Assembly (NCBI GenBank): GCA_951406725.2
Contig: OX597817.1
Span: 13,578,001-13,642,000 of the forward strand
Source of the DNA: Octopus vulgaris
Lineage: Eukaryota
Direction: 5' to 3'
DNA length: 64,000 nt
Shown here: one piece after another, positions 38,119 through 49,756 of the stretch
Position numbering within the stretch: position 1 is the stretch's first letter
How the letters are laid out: every line of letters begins with the position of its first letter
The notes under the pieces: model-generated
Database searches by the model: none
Told to the model about the DNA's origin: nothing
Seen by the model: only the letters and a program-made list of their open reading frames with translations
Made by a program: the position numbers and the translations under genes

Positions 38119-39884
38119 CTGCACATAAAGAGTAAAATAACAAAATCAGGTGACAAATATTTTCCAGTTGTCAGCAAAACATAAATAATAACAATTAAGG
38201 ATTTTCTTTGACACAAACAAACAGAGAGAGACAATAGGACTAAACTGTATGCTTTATGAATAGCTGTTTCAGACATTTCAAAGAGGTGAGTGCCAAATGT
38301 CAAACATGGAAGGGAAAAATGAGTTTAATGTAAACAATTTGTCTGTCTGTTTGTCTCTCTACTCCACCACTCTCTACTTGTCATATAATCTCTATCTAAC
38401 TTCTAGCAAGCATGATTGTCATACAAACATTGTTGTTCATTTCCAGTCTTTTGTGAAACATGACTGGCTATGGTTAATATTATCTTGCTTAGAAATAGGT
38501 GAAAGTTGGTGACAAGAAAACTGTAGAAAATCTCACTCAACAAATTCTGTCAGACCGAAGCAAGTATGAAAAGGTGGATGCCAAATGACTATGATAATGA
38601 TGACATTTAATTGAGCTGAGTTGAGACCCCCTTTGGTCATGACTGACTGTGATATTGCACCTAGAAAGTTACCCTCCCAGGCACAAGTCCAGGCAAGATT
38701 GTTTATTGAAGACCAGCAGTCGCCCATGCATACAAGCTTCCCCTCTCCACGCCACTGATGTTATCCAAGGGAAAGGCAAAGGTCGATACAGCTTGGCACC
38801 AGTGACGTCGCAACTCATTTCTACAGCTGAGTGAACTGGAGCAACGTGAAATAAAGTGTCTTGCTCAAGAACACAACACACAACCCAGTCCATGATTCCG
38901 ACTCACAACCTCACAATCATAAGCTTGACGCTCTAACTACTGAGCCATGTGCCTTCACGGAGCATTAAACAGCTAATGAGAAATCAATTAAGCAATGAGA
39001 GAAAAACAATATCGATCACTGACCAATATAAAATTTCAGTGCCTTAGCAAATATGGGAGACGATAAATTACATGCTTATATTGGCATCATCAGTAAAGAA
39101 AACTCTTCACTGTACTTTTGGACCAGAGTTGCCATCAATGCCATTTTATGATTTTTGCCATGCTGGCTAATATTGGAGGTGAATGGGTCATCACAGCAAG
39201 AGTTACTACCCTCTTAGATGTGTTGGGGACTGTCTTATTTGTACATTTCTTTTTTTGTATGTTTTCTATAGCTGGATGTCCTACCTAACACCAGCCACTT
39301 GATAGAATGTACTGGATACATTCTATTATGGCACCAGCACTAAAGAGGTAGTCATGTTATTGGAAAGACTAAAAGAATCTAAGTACATTTTATCATGAAC
39401 ACTACAAAGGTTGTCTTTATCATCATTGTTTAACGTCCGCTTTCCATGCTAGCATGGGCTGGACGATTTGACTGGGGACTGGCGAACCAAATGGCTGCGC
39501 AGGCTCCAATCTGATCTGACAGAGTTTCTACAGCTGGATGCCCTTCTTAATGCCAACCACTCCAAGAGTGTAGTAGGTGCTTTTAAAGTGTCACCGGCAT
39601 GAGGGCCAGTCAGGTGGTACTGGCAACGGCCACACTCGAAAATGGTGATTTTTACGTGCCACTTGCACGGGAGCCAGTCCAGCGGCACTGGCAATGACCT
39701 CGCTCGAATGTTTTGTTCACGTGGCACGTGAGGCTGTCAATGATCACATCTTGTCCCCTGCAAGTTTAAAGATTCTTCTCTACCTTAAAATGTGTTTGTT
39801 TTGTCCTTGTCAGATAGAAGAGAGAGAGAGAGTGATGAAAGAGGAATAGTGGAAGGGTAAAGAGGAGGAAATAACAGAAGCAAA

Positions 39885-40047
39885 GAGTGGCTGTGTTGTA
39901 AGTAGCTTGCTAACCAACCACATGGTTCCGGGTTCAGTCCCACTGCGTGGCATCTTGGGCAAGTGTTTTCTGCTATAGCCCCGGGCCGACCAAAGCCTTG
40001 TGAGTGGATTTGGTAGACGGAAACTGAAAGAAGCCTGTCGTATATAT

Positions 40048-40087
<40 letters not shown>

Positions 40088-40298
40088 TTGTGTGTCTGTG
40101 TTTGTCCCCGCAACGTCGCTTGACAACCGATGCTGGTGTGTTTACGTCCCCGTCACTTAGCGGTTCGGCAAAAGAGACTGATAGAATAAGTACTGGGCTT
40201 ACAAAGAATAAGTCCCGGGGTCGATTTGCTCGACTGAAGGCGGTGCTCCAGCATGGCCACTGTCAAATGACTGAAACAAGTAAAAGAGTAAAAGAGTA
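39885..40298 (+). mobile_element. SINE family A followed by (GA)n
   Basis: full-length copy. Confidence 0.85.
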
Positions 40299-40316
40299 AA
40301 GAGAGAGAAGGTAGAG

Positions 40317-40363
<47 letters not shown>

Positions 40364-40463
40364 AAGAGAGATAGAGGGAGAGAGATACACAGTGACTGTT
40401 GGAAAGGAGATTCAATAAAAGAATAAACATTTAAAGATGAGCTTTCGGCTAAGGGTTTACTTA

Positions 40464-40706
<243 letters not shown>

Positions 40707-40937
40707 TTATGATCTAGAATAAGTGTTGACAGGTAACATTGATGTAATTGTTATCAAAACAAATTTAAGGATATAAATAAGGTAATTCTGTAATTACGGT
40801 TTGGTAGATACAATACGAATATAAAATGAAGTATTATTAGAGTAACTCAAGAAAGATAATTTTTTAAGGTTTAGACAAAGGAGATAGAAAGAGCAATGCC
40901 CATGACCTAAAATCTGTGAGAAAAGTGAAGAAGGAAT

Positions 40938-41380
40938 AGGCGCAGGAGTGGCTGTGTGGTAAGTAGCTTGCGAACCAACCACATGGTTCCGGGTTCAGTC
41001 CCACTGCGTGGCATCTTGGGCAAGTGTCTTCTACTATAGCCCCGGGCCGACCAATGCCTTGTGAGTGGATTTGGTAGACGGAAACTGAAAGAAGCCTGTC
41101 GTATATATGTATATATATATATATATATATATGTGTGCGTGTGTGTTTGTGTGTCTGTGTTTGTGTGTCTGTGTTTGTCCCCCTAGCATCGCTTGACAAC
41201 CGATGCTGGTGTGTTTACATCCCCGTCACTTAGCGGTTCGGCATAAGAGACCGATAGAATAAGTACTGGGCTTACAAAGAATAAGTCCCGGGGTCGATTT
41301 GCTCGACTAAAGGCGGTGCTCCAGCATGGCCGCAGTCAAATGACTGAAACAAGTAAAAGAGTAAAAGAGAGTAAAGAGTA
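40938..41380 (+). mobile_element. SINE family A
   Basis: full-length copy. Confidence 0.85.
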
Positions 41381-41921
41381 AGGAACCACAATTTATGGAT
41401 GGGGTTCTTGAGATCCTGTGTTTGCCAGGAGACCAGCCACAAAAGAGATGGAAGTGAGGGTACAGGATCAAACTCCAGCCAATGGAGCAACCTCTGCTGG
41501 AAAACTACTTCCATCTTGTAACAAATTGTGCTATTTTGAAGGTGCCGAAGGAAGCCATACATCAAGGTATCAGGTTTCTTGGGAGAACAGTTACTTACAG
41601 TGACAACTGTAGTATAAATGCTTCCTATAGTTGCTTTTAATTTCTATATACTAATGACCTTCATAACCTGTAAACAAGGTACCAAGAGACATCAGTACAT
41701 TTGTGGTCAACTGAGTCTAAGCTTCCTAATTGGAAATTCTTCTCTAAAGCTGAAAAGGGCATGAATGACACAACTTCCTACTCTCTCTCAATAAATATAA
41801 CTAAAGATTCAGACATATGTAATTCATTATTGTATTTATTTGGTTAGAGTAAGCTATTTTTAATGTTTTGATAATTAAAAAACAAAAAAAATGAAATCAA
41901 ATATTTAAAAAGCATACAAAC

Positions 41922-42001
41922 CTCAAATTTGGATTCAATTGGAAAATCAAAGGAAAGCCCACGGAAATTTAAAACAAAAAGTTGTTTCTCGGAATTATAC
42001 A
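41922..42001 (-). CDS. PHAF1: PHAF1 exon (VYNSEKQLFVLNFRGLSFDFPIESKFE)
   Basis: tttcag/gtttgt; LNFRGLSF conserved. Confidence 0.95.
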
Positions 42002-42025
42002 CTGAAAATTTAAAGAGGAGATATG

Positions 42026-42258
42026 TATTTCTTTATTACCCACAAGGGGCTAAACATAGAGGGGATAAACAAGGACAGACAAAGGTATTAAGTCGATTAC
42101 ATCAACCCCAGTGCGTAACTGGTACTTAATTTAATCGACCCTGAAAGGATGAAAGGCAAAGTCGACCTCGGCGGAATTTGAACTCAGAACGTAACGGCAG
42201 ACGAAATACGGCTACGCATTTCGCCCGGCGTGCTAACGATTCTGCCAGCTCGCCGCCT
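42026..42258 (-). mobile_element. SINE family B
   Basis: TSD TAAAGAGGAGATATG. Confidence 0.85.
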
Positions 42259-42908
42259 TGTAAAGAGGAGATATGAAGTATTAACACAACTTGAACGTGG
42301 CATAAAAAATAACAACAAATCAACTTTTAGATGAAGTCATTTGATTATTACAGGCAGCTACAGTTTCCACAAAGATTGAGGACTGGATTCAGATGTTCCA
42401 ATCGATTAGAAAGCAAAAGGGAATTACTGCTAATCAATCAATCAATCAATAAGAATCAAGAGAATCCAACAGGCCATACAATAATGAATGATATCAATAG
42501 AAAGAAAATATAATGAGCAGTCAATGGTTGGGTTTGTCTGAGTTTGAACCTTGCTGAAAATCAAAGCTTTTATAACTTTGTAGTTAGAGTGCATTTAATA
42601 CATTTAATAAACTATTTATGAGATCTTTTACACTGGGCCAGTCTAGACCAGTGTTTCTCAAACTATTTGATGGGGCGTACTGGCAGTTTTTTCCCCAATG
42701 TACCAGGAACCGGTAATATTTCTTAGTAATATTAATTTATACCAGAAACAATATATATAATGTAAACTATACTAGCCATCTCAATATGGCTAACCACAAA
42801 GGGTGGGTGTTACTGTAGCTTTTAGCCCCAGGAGATCATCGTCTCCAGCTGGCTTTAGACACACTTTCTGTGCCCTTATGGTATTTGCAAAGGGAGGTCA
42901 TCCCTCTC

Positions 42909-42990
42909 TCGTAAACCTAAGTGATACGCACGGACTGCAGTTTCGAGGTAATTTGCCTCTTGTCAACGTACGGTAATCACCGGTTTACGA
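42909..42990 (-). ncRNA. Type I hammerhead ribozyme, unit 1 (U3-A8 core variant; predicted cleavage 3' of the GUC at 42935-42933)
   Basis: minus strand reads UCGUAAACC-G-GUGAU-UAC-CGUACG-UUGACAA-GAGG-CAAAUUA-CCUC-GAAA-C-UGCA-GUC-CGUGCG-U-AUCAC-UUA-GGUUUACGA; stems I, II and minimal III all pair. Confidence 0.88.
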
Positions 42991-43263
42991 TGAAAGGAAG
43001 ACCTGTTTGCAAATACTTATGGGTTTTTCTAGTAACTTCCGTCATTGATTTCGAAAAACTGTCTGCAAGCAATAATAAATCTCTGAATGAGATGTAAACA
43101 GTAAGCGCTCGACAATGTAAAGTATACTCAGCCATCTCAATATGGCTAACCACTAAGGGTGGGTGTTACTGTAGCTTTTAGCCCCAGGAGATCATCGTCT
43201 CCAGCTGGCTTTAGACACACTTTCTGTGCCCTTATGGTATTTGCAAAGGAGGTCATCCCTCTC

Positions 43264-43345
43264 TCGTAAGCCTAAGTGATACGCACGGACTGCAGTTTCG
43301 AGGTAATTTGCCTCTTGTCAACGTACGGTAATCACCGGTTTACGA
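43264..43345 (-). ncRNA. Hammerhead ribozyme, unit 2
   Basis: same core as unit 1; GUC at 43290-43288. Confidence 0.86.
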
Positions 43346-43618
43346 TGAAAGGAAGACCTGTTTGCAAATACTTATGGGTTTTTCTAGTAACTTCCGTCAT
43401 TGATTTCGAAAAACTGTCTGCAAGCAATAATAAATCTCTGAATGAGATGTAAACAGTAAGCGCTCGACAATGTAAACTATACTAGCCATCTCAATATGGC
43501 TAACCACTAAGGGTGGGTGTTACTGTAGCTTTTAGCCCCAGGAGATCATCGTCTCCAGCTGGCTTTAGACACACTTTCTGTGCCCTTATGGTATTTGCAA
43601 AGGGAGGTCATCCCTCTC

Positions 43619-43699
43619 TCGTAAGCCTAAGTGATACGCACGGACTGCAGTTTCGAGGTATTTGCCTCTTGTCAACGTACGGTAATCACCGGTTTACGA
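43619..43699 (-). ncRNA. Hammerhead ribozyme, unit 3 (loop II 1 nt shorter)
   Basis: same core; GUC at 43645-43643. Confidence 0.84.
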
Positions 43700-43973
43700 T
43701 GAAAGGAAGACCTGTTTGCAAATACTTATGGGTTTTTCTAGTAACTTCCGTCACTGATTTCGAAAAACTGTCTGCAAGCAATAATAAATCTCTGAATGAG
43801 ATGTAAACAGTAAGCGCTCGACAATGTAAAGTATACTCAGCCATCTCAATATGGCTAACCACTAAGGGTGGGTGTTACTGTAGCTTTTAGCCCCAGGAGA
43901 TCATCGTCTCCAGCTGGCTTTAGACACACTTTCTGTGCCCTTATGGTATTTGCAAAGGGAGGTCATCCCTCTC

Positions 43974-44055
43974 TCGTAAGCCTAAGTGATACGCACGGAC
44001 TGCAGTTTCGAGGTAATTTGCCTCTTGTCAACGTACGGTAATCACCGGTTTACGA
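43974..44055 (-). ncRNA. Hammerhead ribozyme, unit 4
   Basis: same core; GUC at 44000-43998. Confidence 0.86.
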
Positions 44056-44328
44056 TGAAAGGAAGACCTGTTTGCAAATACTTATGGGTTTTTCTAGTAA
44101 CTTCCGTCATTGATTTCGAAAAACTGTCTGCAAGCAATAATAAATCTCTGAATGAGATGTAAACAGTAAGCGCTCGACAATGTAAACTATACTAGCCATC
44201 TCAATATGGCTAACCACTAAGGGTGGGTGTTACTGTAGCTTTTAGCCCCAGGAGATCATCGTCTCCAGCTGGCTTTAGACACACTTTCTGTGCCCTTATG
44301 GTATTTGCAAAGGGAGGTCATCCCTCTC

Positions 44329-44410
44329 TCGTAAGCCTAAGTGATACGCACGGACTGCAGTTTCGAGGTAATTTGCCTCTTGTCAACGTACGGTAATCAC
44401 CGGTTTACGA
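44329..44410 (-). ncRNA. Hammerhead ribozyme, unit 5
   Basis: same core; GUC at 44355-44353. Confidence 0.86.
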
Positions 44411-44683
44411 TGAAAGGAAGACCTGTTTGCAAATACTTATGGGTTTTTCTAGTAACTTCCGTCATTGATTTCGAAAAACTGTCTGCAAGCAATAATAAAT
44501 CTCTGAATGAGATGTAAACAGTAAGCGCTCGACAATGTAAACTATACTAGCCATCTCAATATGGCTAACCACTAAGGGTGGGTGTTACTGTAGCTTTTAG
44601 CCCCAGGAGATCATCGTCTCCAGCTGGCTTTAGACACACTTTCTGTGCCCTTATGGTATTTGCAAAGGGAGGTCATCCCTCTC

Positions 44684-44765
44684 TCGTAAGCCTAAGTGAT
44701 ACGCACGGACTGCAGTTTCGAGGTAATTTGCCTCTTGTCAACGTACGGTAATCACCGGTTTACGA
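44684..44765 (-). ncRNA. Hammerhead ribozyme, unit 6
   Basis: same core; GUC at 44710-44708. Confidence 0.86.
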
Positions 44766-45038
44766 TGAAAGGAAGACCTGTTTGCAAATACTTATGGGTT
44801 TTTCTAGTAACTTCCGTCATTGATTTCGAAAAACTGTCTGCAAGCAATAATAAATCTCTGAATGAGATGTAAACAGTAAGCGCTCGACAATGTAAACTAT
44901 ACTAGCCATCTCAATATGGCTAACCACTAAGGGTGGGTGTTACTGTAGCTTTTAGCCCCAGGAGATCATCGTCTCCAGCTGGCTTTAGACACACTTTCTG
45001 TGCCCTTATGGTATTTGCAAAGGGAGGTCATCCCTCTC

Positions 45039-45120
45039 TCGTAAGCCTAAGTGATACGCACGGACTGCAGTTTCGAGGTAATTTGCCTCTTGTCAACGTA
45101 CGGTAATCACCGGTTTACGA
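45039..45120 (-). ncRNA. Hammerhead ribozyme, unit 7
   Basis: same core; GUC at 45065-45063. Confidence 0.86.
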
Positions 45121-45395
45121 TGAAAGGAAGACCTGTTTGCAAATACTTATGGGTTTTTCTAGTAACTTCCGTCATTGATTTCGAAAAACTGTCTGCAAGC
45201 AATAATAAATCTCTGAATGAGATGTAAACAGTAACCGCTCGACAACGTAAAGTATACTCAGCCATCTCAATATGGCTTAACCACTAAGGGTGGGTGTTAC
45301 TGTAGCTTTTAGCCCCAGGAGATCATCGTCTCCAGCTGGCTTTAGACACACTTTCTGTGCCCTTATGGTATTTGCAAAGGGAGGTCATCCCTCTC

Positions 45396-45477
45396 TCGTA
45401 AGCCTAAGTGATACGCACGGACTGCAGTTTCGAGGTAATTTGCCTCTTGTCAACGTACGGTAATCACCGGTTTACGA
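45396..45477 (-). ncRNA. Hammerhead ribozyme, unit 8
   Basis: same core; GUC at 45422-45420. Confidence 0.86.
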
Positions 45478-45750
45478 TGAAAGGAAGACCTGTTTGCAAA
45501 TACTTATGGGTTTTTCTAGTAACTTCCGTCATTGATTTCGAAAAACTGTCTGCAAGCAATAATAAATCTCTGAATGAGATGTAAACAGTAAGCGCTCGAC
45601 AATGTAAACTATACTAGCCATCTCAATATGGCTAACCACTAAGGGTGGGTGTTACTGTAGCTTTTAGCCCCAGGAGATCATCGTCTCCAGCTGGCTTTAG
45701 ACACACTTTCTGTGCCCTTATGGTATTTGCAAAGGGAGGTCATCCCTCTC

Positions 45751-45832
45751 TCGTAAGCCTAAGTGATACGCACGGACTGCAGTTTCGAGGTAATTTGCCT
45801 CTTGTCAACGTACGGTAATCACCGGTTTACGA
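45751..45832 (-). ncRNA. Hammerhead ribozyme, unit 9
   Basis: same core; GUC at 45777-45775. Confidence 0.86.
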
Positions 45833-46107
45833 TGAAAGGAAGACCTGTTTGCAAATACTTATGGGTTTTTCTAGTAACTTCCGTCATTGATTTCGAAAAA
45901 CTGTCTGCAAGCAATAATAAATCTCTGAATGAGATGTAAACAGTAACCGCTCGACAACGTAAAGTATACTCAGCCATCTCAATATGGCTTAACCACTAAG
46001 GGTGGGTGTTACTGTAGCTTTTAGCCCCAGGAGATCATCGTCTCCAGCTGGCTTTAGACACACTTTCTGTGCCCTTATGGTATTTGCAAAGGGAGGTCAT
46101 CCCTCTC

Positions 46108-46189
46108 TCGTAAGCCTAAGTGATACGCACGGACTGCAGTTTCGAGGTAATTTGCCTCTTGTCAACGTACGGTAATCACCGGTTTACGA
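46108..46189 (-). ncRNA. Hammerhead ribozyme, unit 10
   Basis: same core; GUC at 46134-46132. Confidence 0.86.
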
Positions 46190-46736
46190 TGAAAGGAAGA
46201 CCTGTTTGCAAATACTTATGGGTTTTTCTAGTAACTTCCGTCATTGATTTCGAAAAACTGTCTGCAAGCAATAATAAATCTCTGAATGAGATGTAAACAG
46301 TAACCGCTCGACAACGTAAAGTATACTCAGCCATCTCAATATGGCTTAACCACTAAGGGTGGGTGTTACTGTAGCTTTTTCATATATATAATGAATGTAA
46401 TAAAAGTTGACAATTTTTATCTTATATTTATTTTGTAAACAAATAATACAATATTACATAAGCATTTTATATTGTCTCTTTCTTTTTTGGAAACTCACTG
46501 CATACCAGCAGCTGATGACTCATGGACCGGCACCGACTCAGAGACCACCACTTTGAGTAGCACTGGTCTAGACAATAATAATTCTCCTGTTACCAGCATC
46601 TATACCCGCTATGTTTCAGAATTTACCAAAATGGCTAATTTAGATTTATTTCTCCATGATCACGAAAGGATTACAGTGCATTTAATATATTTAATAAACT
46701 ATTCATGAGATCTTTTATACTGGGCTTAGTCTAGAC

Positions 46737-46955
46737 CAGTGCTTTTCAAACTTTTTGCTGGAGCGGAACCCCAAGGAAACATTCCACTGGCTCGAGGAAC
46801 CCCTGTGCAATAATTTAATAGTCTTATGCACACATATCTGCACAGGAGAATTAAAAATTACTGTCGATTTTAGCAGTTTTGTAACTTCTTGTGGAACCCC
46901 TGGACTGTACTGGCGGAACCCTAAGGTTCCGCGGAACCCTGGTTGAAAACTACTG
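46737..46955. mobile_element. Second, different hAT (Charlie-like) MITE
   Basis: TIRs CAGTGCTTTTCAA / TTGAAAACTACTG; 8-bp TSD GTCTAGAC at 46729-46736 and 46956-46963; GGAACCC subterminal repeats. Confidence 0.85.
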
Positions 46956-47689
46956 GTCTAGACAATAATTATTCTATAGTTATCACCATCTATACCCACC
47001 ATGTTTAAGAATCTTCCAAAATGCCAGTTTAAACAACCTCTCTACAGTAATAAGAGTTAGAATTAACTTATTTAATGTAGCGGGTATCACAAATCTAAAC
47101 AATTTTGTTTGTTTTATGTCTGTTGTTTTCATGGGTTAGACAAATATGTTATTGAGACAGTGTTTTCACAATCAGATGCCCTTTCAAAGGAAAAGACAAC
47201 AACATTATTAATAAATATTATTTTAATCATTTAGGTAAGTACAGGAGGCAATATTCTGGACATGTTCCAATCTTATTAAACCTCCTCAGTAGAACACAGA
47301 GTTCAATGTATTTGCCAAAATAATTTTGAGAAAATCACTAAGCAAACATACTACACTGTACGTCAGTAGGCAAGAAATATTAACATACTGGCCTAGTGGT
47401 TAGGGTGTTGCGCTCATTCTCACTAGATGGTGAGTTTGATTCCCAGACCAAGTGGCTATTGTGTTCTTGAGCAAAATACTTCAATTCACATAGTTCCAGT
47501 TCACTCAGCTTTAACCCTGTGATGGACTGGCCTTCTAATCAAGAGGAAGTGTTGGCCTGCCTGCCTAGCCTGCAGAGTGGCATCATTCAAAAGCCAAAAT
47601 GATGCAAAGCACATTGTGACCAGTGATGCATAACAACACCTGGCAGTCTGGTCAAACACATGATCATGTGATACTTATCCTCATTATCG

Positions 47690-48480
47690 TCATTTAGCAT
47701 CGGTTTCCCATGGGTTGGATGGTTTGACTTGGACTGGTAAGCTGGAGAGCTGTACCAAGCTCCATGTCCGACTTAGCTTGGTTTCTATGACTGGATGCCC
47801 TTCCTAATGTCAACCACTCTAAGGGTGTAGTCAGCGCTTTTTATGCGTCACAGGCTCTGGCTATGACTATGATTTCACTTGGCTTGATCTGTCTTCTCAA
47901 GCACAGAAAAATCACCAAAGGTCTTGATCACTTGTCATTGTCTCTCTGAGACTACATTTGAAGATCATGCTTCACCACTTTGTCCTGTGTCTTCCTATAT
48001 CGAACTCTTCCGCAGGTTCCCTCCACAGTTTGAGATCAGCACTTTTTTACACAGATGTCCAAATCCATACGCATCACATGACCATACCAGCACAGCCTTC
48101 TCTTTTGCACATCACATCTAATACCTCTTATACCCAATTTTTCTCTCAAGACACTAACATTCAGTCATACATGCACACTGACATTGCACATCCAACAGAG
48201 CTTCATTTCTTTCAAGCCATCTCGTTTCACTGCCATGTAGCAAGGCTATTTGCGATCAGACATCATACAATCTGCCTTTCACTCCGAGGTAGAGGTCCTC
48301 TGTTACCAACAAAGGTAGAAGCTCTTTGAACTTTACCTGGCCTATTTTTATTCTAGCAGCTACACTCTTGGGGCATCCACCTCCACTGCCGACTTAGTCA
48401 CCCAGATAATGGAAGCTATCTACTACATCTAAGTATTCCCTCTGACATTTGACAAAATCTATTTTCTGTGCATTTCTAGT
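47690..48480 (-). mobile_element. Degenerate RTE-clade LINE 3' portion
   Basis: minus-strand YLGD..GGG..SVAARIKIG..KFKELLPLL..VKGRLY RT-downstream motif; tail matches SINE family C. Confidence 0.7.
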
Positions 48481-49206
48481 GTTCTGAGGTTAAATACTCA
48501 GACCCCATCCCCAACTCTACATCTACATAATAAAGAATAATTAAGTAAGTATTATCAGCATATCTAATGAAGTGAGCATGAAAAATCTATTTGGAAATAA
48601 CCATGTTGTGTAGCAAAGACAAAATATCAATTATATATCAGTAAACTGATATTGATTGGTATATCATATTTCATGTTGTCATGGAAACTATCCTTTGACC
48701 CATATTTAACTAAAAAAATGTCCATCTGGTGTCAATGATCTAAATAATATATTCTTATCATTCAATTAATCCAAATTGACAACTTTGTCAAAACAGCTTT
48801 CTGTTAGTATTAAATATTTACATTCCTTATATTAATAAATGGACTTCAAAATATTGATATCAAAGACAGCCACAAGGTCTCAGGTTTTGGTAGGAACAGT
48901 GACGGGGGTCTGATATAATCAATTATATCAATTCCAGTACTTAGTAAGTGTCAATTTTTACAATCCTACTAATGGATGAAAGGTGAAGTTGACCTAGGCA
49001 GGAAACAGGTTAGTTCAGAACGTAAAAGAGTACAACTTAATATGTCAAATAACTTTTTTTGATGCTCTGCTGGTTTTATTACCTTAACACTCCAATACAC
49101 TTCAAAATATTATTACAATACAAAAACTGGAGTGTGTGAACACAATGGAAACTTTAAAGCCGTTTCATTCTGCTAAAACACGAACAACTGGAATACTAAG
49201 TGACTA

Positions 49207-49512
<306 letters not shown>

Positions 49513-49712
49513 TTAGAAAAAACACTTAACAGGTAACAGTAAATTTTTATAGGACTCGAGTTAGACGAAATAAAATCCAGCCAGAAACAAACTTCATGTA
49601 AAACTATTTATCGCTAATGACAAACAATGAATAAAGAGTAAAGAATATATGTATAATTGTGAATTTAGCAAAATAAGATTTTTTATTAACAAGATCTGAA
49701 ATGGATACTCAC

Positions 49713-49756
49713 CAATATTTTAATTTAACTTTATTCATACAAAATACTTCAATGAT
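49713..49756 (-). CDS. PHAF1: PHAF1 exon (IIEVFCMNKVKLKYC)
   Basis: AG/GTGAG; KVKLKYC conserved. Confidence 0.93.

Larger units (their letters stand above)
42763..46381 (-). mobile_element. Non-LTR retrozyme: tandem array of 10 full ~355-bp units plus a partial unit, each full unit with a type I hammerhead ribozyme
   Basis: near-identical units (GCCATC anchors at 42775, 43131, 43485, 43840, 44195, 44550, 44905, 45261, 45617, 45973, 46330); 12-bp direct repeat ATATATATAATG at 42751-42762 and 46382-46393; hammerhead fold in each unit. Confidence 0.9.
42649..46565. mobile_element. hAT (Charlie-like) MITE hosting the retrozyme array
   Basis: TIRs CAGTGTTTCTCAAA / TTTGAGTAGCACTG; 8-bp TSD GTCTAGAC at 42641-42648 and 46566-46573. 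Confidence 0.85.

Noticed and set aside
43083-43116. Plus-strand (ambisense) hammerhead at CTGAATGAG...CTCGACAA in each unit
   Set aside because: Core spacing is wrong and there is no GAAA or stem III, so a second-polarity ribozyme is not supported
42763-46381. CRISPR array or protein-coding repeat (ORF 43513-43806)
   Set aside because: Units are complete 355-bp repeats without unique spacers. The ORF exists only in unit 3 because of a 1-bp deletion.
46512-46550. CTGATGA motif in the hAT MITE end (similar hits near 51556 and 57434)
   Set aside because: No stem II followed by GAAA and a cleavage triplet
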